NCBI GenBank assembly: GCA_043228905.1
Contig: JBHGNT010000017.1
Coordinates: 4,588,001-4,652,000 of the forward strand
DNA from: Azolla caroliniana
Taxonomy: Eukaryota > Plantae > Polypodiophyta
Direction: 5' to 3'
Length of the DNA stretch: 64,000 nt
Part shown: in pieces, positions 61,973-64,000 of the stretch
Numbering within the stretch: position 1 is the first letter of the stretch
Layout: each line of letters starts with the position of its first letter
Position numbers and translations under genes: made by a program
Notes under the pieces: generated by a model
Told to the model about the DNA's origin: nothing
Seen by the model: the letters and a program-made list of their open reading frames with translations, nothing else
The model's database searches: none

Positions 61973-63547
61973 TTATGACATAAGTGGCAACATGGGCAAT
62001 AAGCCACTAACACAAATCCAGAAGGACAAAGCGATGATTGCAATTGAAACGGAGTTTGATGTAGACGAGGACAGAGATGCCGGAACGTAAGATGGAGAAC
62101 CTGTTCGAGGAAAAACCACAAAAAAAAGAGCATATAAGAAGAGAAATGAATATACCAAAAATGCCATAGATTCAAAACTTTTTAACCCCCTTGTATTGCC
62201 CAAGGTCATCTAGTACATTAATGGGATTTGATCAACCCACTCATGTATTAGTGATACTTGAACCCAAGTAACTTTAATGACTTTTGAATCCAAGTAAATA
62301 TATCGTGATACTTGAACCCATGTGGACATTAATGACTTTTGAATCCTAACTAAATATTAAGTACATGAGTGAGATATGAACCCAAGCATATGTAATGGAG
62401 TCCTGATTAATTGAGTGAAAATAGTTATTAATATTTAACAATATTGTGAAATGCACAAAGGTACACACCACAATATACTAAAATTTCATGAAGTTCATAA
62501 AGACACTACAATTTGTTAATGTCTACTTCTTTCAATATGAGATAGATAGATTTAAGATAATGATATTTCAATGATCTTAATCCTTGAGAAGCTGAAATTT
62601 GATCTATGGGATCAAACTAATTGAGTTCTTCTCAATTGCAAGACTTTTGATGCAGAAACCACCAAGCTAAGAGAGCAAGAGACTGTAATTGTGTATGTGA
62701 GAGAATTGTGATTTAATTTAAACTACCTTATGTTGATAGCAGAGCATGATTGCAAAAAACCACCAAAGAAAACCCAATAAAATAGTAATAAAAAGAGACA
62801 AAGACAAAAAAATTCAATGATTCTGTTAAAACCACTTTTTTGGATGTGAAGTATGAATCGTGTTAGAGACCATTAAGAGTGAGACATGTTTGGGAATTTA
62901 TTTGTGATTCTGGATGTTCAAGACTTAATTTACTCATGAATGTTTCTAATCTCGACTGATTAATAAATAGATAGATTGATAGATAAATAGATAAATAGAT
63001 AGATTGATAGATAAATAGATAGATAGATAGATAGATAGATTGATACATAGATTGATAAATAAATAGATAGATAGATAGATAGATTGATACATAGATTGAT
63101 AAATAAATAGATTGATTGATTGATTGATTGAGAGAGAGAACACTTACTTCCATTGTTACTGCTAGTTGTAATTGTGGTGCAGTTGGCTTCACTTGTGACG
63201 ATGGAGAGATGGCAGAGCTGAGGGAGGCGAAGGGCTGATTGGAGCATGGATTGGTACTGAGGGTTTCCCAGGAGAGAACAAAGGCAGTTGAATTGTGTGG
63301 CATTTGACAAAACGATCTCCAAAGGATCACAACACGAGGATGATGGACTAGTATTGCTGCTGCTGCTACTGCTACTGCTACTGCTACCACTAGCCAATGC
63401 AGAAGAACATGGAGATAAGCTCACAAGAACAGAGGAGCATGCTGAACGATCTACCCTAAATGTGATTGCTATGGCTAATGAAGAGAATGAAGAAGACACA
63501 AGAAGCAGTAGTAGAAGAAGATTAGTGGTGATGAAAGAGTACTCCAT
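61973..63547 (-). CDS. LTPG: GPI-anchored non-specific lipid transfer protein (LTPG/xylogen-like), ~175 aa
   Basis: Exon 1 (63148-63547) has a signal peptide and the full 8-Cys motif C-x9-C-x24-CC-x14-CLC-x21-C-x10-C. Exon 2 (61973-62100) has a Ser-rich linker and a hydrophobic C-terminal GPI-type tail. Phase-1 GT-AG intron; a small middle exon cannot be excluded. Confidence 0.88.
62958..63140. repeat. (GATA/GATT)n microsatellite in LTPG intron
   Basis: ~170 nt of imperfect GATA/GATT tetranucleotide repeats. Confidence 0.95.
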
Positions 63548-63568
63548 GTGGTGGTTTCTTTGTGTGTG

Positions 63569-63598
63569 TAGGGTTAGGGTTAGGGTTAGGGTTGGGGG
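63569..63598 (+). repeat. Short (TTAGGG)n telomere-like tract
   Basis: TAGGG-TTAGGG-TTAGGG-TTAGGG-TTGGGGG, starting 22 nt upstream of the LTPG ATG. Confidence 0.9.
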
Positions 63599-64000
63599 AG
63601 GGAGGTGGTTTTTCCTTGAGCAAAAGAATTGGATTTAAGCAAAACTTGATATAGGTGGATCTTGAGCCATGAATGAAGGCATAGATGAAGGACCTAAATT
63701 CCCCTTAAGGTTTGGTCAATTTTGTTAAAGGTTTGTTTTTTTTGTTTATTGGAAGATTTTATGTTAAAAGATTTGCTCAGTTCAACAATTAAAGGGAACT
63801 TTTGCTTATGTTTCACCATGTGACCTTCAAAGTTTCCTCACATTAAAGACATGATCCTTCCTCTCTTGTTCATTCACACTTCCGGAGTTTATTAATATTG
63901 TCGTCTTCGGGGATCAAATAGAAACTACGTGGAATAATAGAAATATAAATGCGGTTTCGGACCCAAAGACAATGGACCAATCAAAGAGAAATAGATCCAA

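Noticed and set aside
1-64000. Nine genes as a functional cluster or novel system (stress: SnRK2, GR, LTPG; organelle: PPR, PTH)
   Set aside because: The functions are unrelated housekeeping roles in mixed orientation with TE-filled spacers. I see no shared pathway, paralogy or sign of horizontal transfer.

Overview
This is eukaryotic nuclear DNA from a land plant. The PLS-PPR motif style, intron layout and gene density suggest a fern or other non-seed vascular plant, which is my inference. Nine protein-coding genes can be assembled by hand with canonical GT-AG junctions: SnRK2 kinase (-, runs off the left edge), plastid-type glutathione reductase (-), a METTL21/family-16 lysine methyltransferase (+), NPL4-like (+), WPP-domain RanGAP (+), a PLS-E PPR (-), organellar peptidyl-tRNA hydrolase (+), a GxSxG alpha/beta-hydrolase (-) and a GPI-anchored LTP (-). 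Intergenic and intronic DNA holds decayed LINEs, an LTR-like block, a solo LTR with a 4-bp TSD, a Mutator-type fold-back MITE with a perfect 9-bp TSD, hAT-like MITEs, tRNA-derived SINE-like heads and many local tandem duplications. I see no convincing new multi-gene system. The best leads are a transit-peptide-like start codon that is out of frame with the PTH gene, an exact vertebrate-type telomeric G-quadruplex 22-mer just upstream of the LTPG start, a candidate U12-to-U2 intron conversion, a triple-ABRE promoter, and a hairpin MITE near a 3' UTR. All coordinates were read by eye, so repeat and TE boundaries are approximate unless a TSD is quoted.
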